Shown piece by piece: positions 38,729 to 40,729 of a DNA stretch of 40,729 nt. The stretch is from IMG/VR virus record IMGVR_UViG_3300005859_000002, positions 1-40,729 of that record; one strand, written 5' to 3'. The position numbers and the translations under genes were made by a program. The number at the start of each line of letters is the position of its first letter. Positions within the stretch are counted from its first letter, which is position 1. Under the pieces are notes generated by a model. That model had not been told where the DNA came from. It did not search any database and was given only the letters and a program-made list of their open reading frames with translations.

Positions 38729-39025
38729 TTAACTTTGAGATGACAATAATAAATAAACAGAAAAGAAATCATAAATATTCAAAACAGATTTCTGCTTTAT
38801 CTTAGAAATTTCATCAAAATTACTAATCCTGCTAAATCCGATAAAAGAAGTTATGGACATGCTCTCCCAGTGGAAATGCTCACAGCTATTCCTTAACCCG
38901 TATCTGCCATCGCTGTCAGTAACCAGCAATAGCTGATTATCTAATGGGCAGTAGAAATATCTACTACCATCCATCTCCTCAATTCTTAACTGATCTTTTA
39001 TTTGATTTAATTCTATTGCAACCAT
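38729..39025 (-). CDS. Small early protein with CEHFH motif
   Basis: GAGAAAGATTTATATA promoter at 39060-39075; YFYCPLD...CEHFHW. Confidence 0.75.
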   Translation of the reverse strand: MVAIELNQIKDQLRIEEMDGSRYFYCPLDNQLLLVTDSDGRYGLRNSCEHFHWESMSITSFIGFSRISNFDEISKIKQKSVLNIYDFFSVYLLLSSQS

Positions 39026-39223
39026 TTCTTTTCCCTGATATATCGTCTGTCATAACAGATATATAAATCTTTCTCTATTCTTTTATCTTTCTATTTCACG
39101 CTATTTTTAACGTTTAGAACTAGCCTTAGAATTTTATATTCGAATAGAAATATTATAACATCACTGAAAAAAATTACCAATAACCCTACAAAAAATTAAT
39201 TTAAAAAAATAAAAATAAAAAAA

Positions 39224-39424
39224 TTAGACAAATGAAGAAATTTCTAAATAATAGATTCCGTCAAAATTATAAATTGTGATTTTTGTTCCGCCTATCTTAT
39301 CACTAAAACTGTAATATCCATTTGTCTCAGAACTTTTTTCAAAAAAATTTGAATTTCCCTGAAACTGGTTTAAAAGTTCTTTAAATTGTTTTTCTGAAAT
39401 TTTTATTGCTATATAGTGACTCAT
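39224..39424 (-). CDS. Small early protein inside the ITR
   Basis: GAGAAAGATTTATTAA promoter at 39456-39471, GAGGT RBS. Confidence 0.72.
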   Translation of the reverse strand: MSHYIAIKISEKQFKELLNQFQGNSNFFEKSSETNGYYSFSDKIGGTKITIYNFDGIYYLEISSFV

Positions 39425-39759
39425 TTTACCTCATTATCATCTCTATCTTCAAGCATTAATAAATCTTTCTCTATTCTTTTATCTCTCTATCTCTCTACTT
39501 TTTTATCTTTATTTTTCATTTTTTATCTCTCGACATATTTTTCTCTTAGCTGTAATAATAACTCAAGATAGAAGCAAAAAACTAGAAACGGACCTGCAGC
39601 AGAAACTATTTTTCTAAAACGGACCTAACAAAATTCCTAGCTGAACGGTGAAAAGTTCTAAAAATATATAATTCAAACTAAGTCCTATATTATAAATTAT
39701 AACTAGTAACTATCTAGTTGCTATATTATAATATACAATATACTAACTAGTAGTTACAT

Positions 39760-39804
39760 AACTAGCTAATTATACAACTAGCTAATTATACAACTAGCTA
39801 ATTA
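39760..39804. repeat. 16-bp tandem repeat, about 2.8 copies
   Basis: AACTAGCTAATTATAC units. Confidence 0.9.
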
Positions 39805-39987
39805 GCGTAATATTTCACAAATTTGTAATAATAAAAAAAAATATATAATAATAAGAAGAAAGATACTATTCACTACTAATATCAAATGCTTTCTTCTAGT
39901 ATTTAAATATTTCTTTCTAAGTTTCCAATTTTTCAACTCTAAACTGCAAAAAATTAGGAGCTGAAACGTTGGAGATCTGTAACTGCT

Positions 39988-40240
39988 AATTAGGAATATG
40001 TTTAGTATATTATAATATGTCAGCGTCAAAGTTTTGGTTTCTCCTAATTAATAACTATATAATTGACAAGTTATAAATTACGTAAATTAACAATATGTTT
40101 AGTATATTATAATATGTTGCCGTAAAAGTTTTGGTTTTTCTTAACTACTAATTAATAGTTGGCAAATTATTAGTTACATAAATTAGGAATATGTTTAGTA
40201 TATTATTAATTATAAAATAGAGTTTTGGTTTTCTCTAGTT
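39988..40240. repeat. Three imperfect 96-97-bp repeats
   Basis: AATATGTTTAGTATATTAT at 39995, 40092 and 40188, each followed by GTTTTGGTTT. Confidence 0.9.
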
Positions 40241-40479
40241 ATTAATTAATAGTTACATAGCTCCTAACTATTAATATCTGAAAATGTACATTTATTTCTA
40301 ATTTCCGAATTTCATATTTGTAAATTTTTTTAAGCAAATTACGCAATATGACAGATTATTTGTAAATTAGGAATTCCCAATTTTTTAACTTTTTTACACA
40401 ACATGACAAATTAATTGGAATTTAGGAGATTACAATTATTTAACTTTATTGCGAAAAATACGCGAAATGACAGATTAAT

Positions 40480-40665
40480 TGGAAATTAGGAATTTACTAA
40501 TTTTGTAATTTAGTAATTTAGGAATTTTGTAAGTTAGGAATTTCCTAAAATAGGAATTTAGTAATTTACTAATTTAGGAATTTAGGAACTTAGGAAAATA
40601 GGAAATTAGGAATTTAGTAAATTAGGAATTTAGGAAAATAGGAATTTAGGAATTTAGGAATTTCC
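40480..40665 (+). repeat. Telomere-like 9-bp repeats (AATTTAGG/TA)
   Basis: Many TAGGAATT units including AATTTAGGAATTTAGGAATTT, known near rudiviral termini. Confidence 0.92.
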
Positions 40666-40667
40666 TA

Positions 40668-40729
40668 GACCGCCAACTTCTTAGTTAAAATTTTGCAATT
40701 GCAGAGGTCTAATTAAGGAATTAGCGGTC
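40668..40729. other. Imperfect terminal palindrome, probable covalently closed hairpin end
   Basis: 31-nt arms centred at 40698/40699; 23 of 31 positions complementary. Confidence 0.78.

Larger units (their letters stand above)
39149..40698. repeat. Right inverted terminal repeat (about 1.55 kb)
   Basis: Inner 99 bp mirrored at 1-99; contains tandem repeats and the rudiviral terminal motif. Confidence 0.85.
1..40729. mobile_element. Rudivirus (Rudiviridae) linear dsDNA genome, near complete
   Basis: Single SIRV-type MCP, ORF1070/564/488-like virion proteins, PVAP, Rep, Hjc, SvtR, ITR with AATTTAGGAATTTAGGAATTT. Confidence 0.97.

Noticed and set aside
38575-38772. 65-aa minus-strand ORF
   Set aside because: Mostly translated terminator tract; only the last ~25 codons look protein-like, possibly a remnant.
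39802-40029. 75-aa ORF in the ITR
   Set aside because: Starts within a repeat unit; no clear promoter/RBS.
39988-40240. 96-97-bp repeats as a CRISPR-like array
   Set aside because: Intervening sequences resemble each other; ordinary ITR tandem repeats.

Overview
Near-complete genome of an AT-rich rod-shaped virus of Sulfolobales (Rudiviridae, SIRV/ARV-like). The core is recognisable: single major capsid protein, three minor virion proteins, pyramid lysis protein PVAP, HUH Rep, ssDNA-binding protein/ATPase/Cas4 trio, Hjc resolvase, dUTPase, SvtR, three glycosyltransferases, a SAM methyltransferase and a permease/TGT-like pair. The right inverted terminal repeat (about 39149-40698) looks complete and ends in a 62-nt imperfect palindrome. 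Only 99 bp of the left copy is present, which implies a genome of about 42 kb. Accessory content includes an AcrIIIB1 homologue among about ten small genes sharing a strong BRE-TATA promoter, ThyX, a DUF1156/COG1743-type amino-DNA methyltransferase, an OB-less ATP-dependent ligase (probably an RNA ligase), and a promoter-driven ~54-nt GC-rich RNA with a k-turn and two identical UAG loops. No AcrIII-1 ring nuclease and no CRISPR array were recognised. Homology calls come from motifs and remembered reference sequences; no database search was run.
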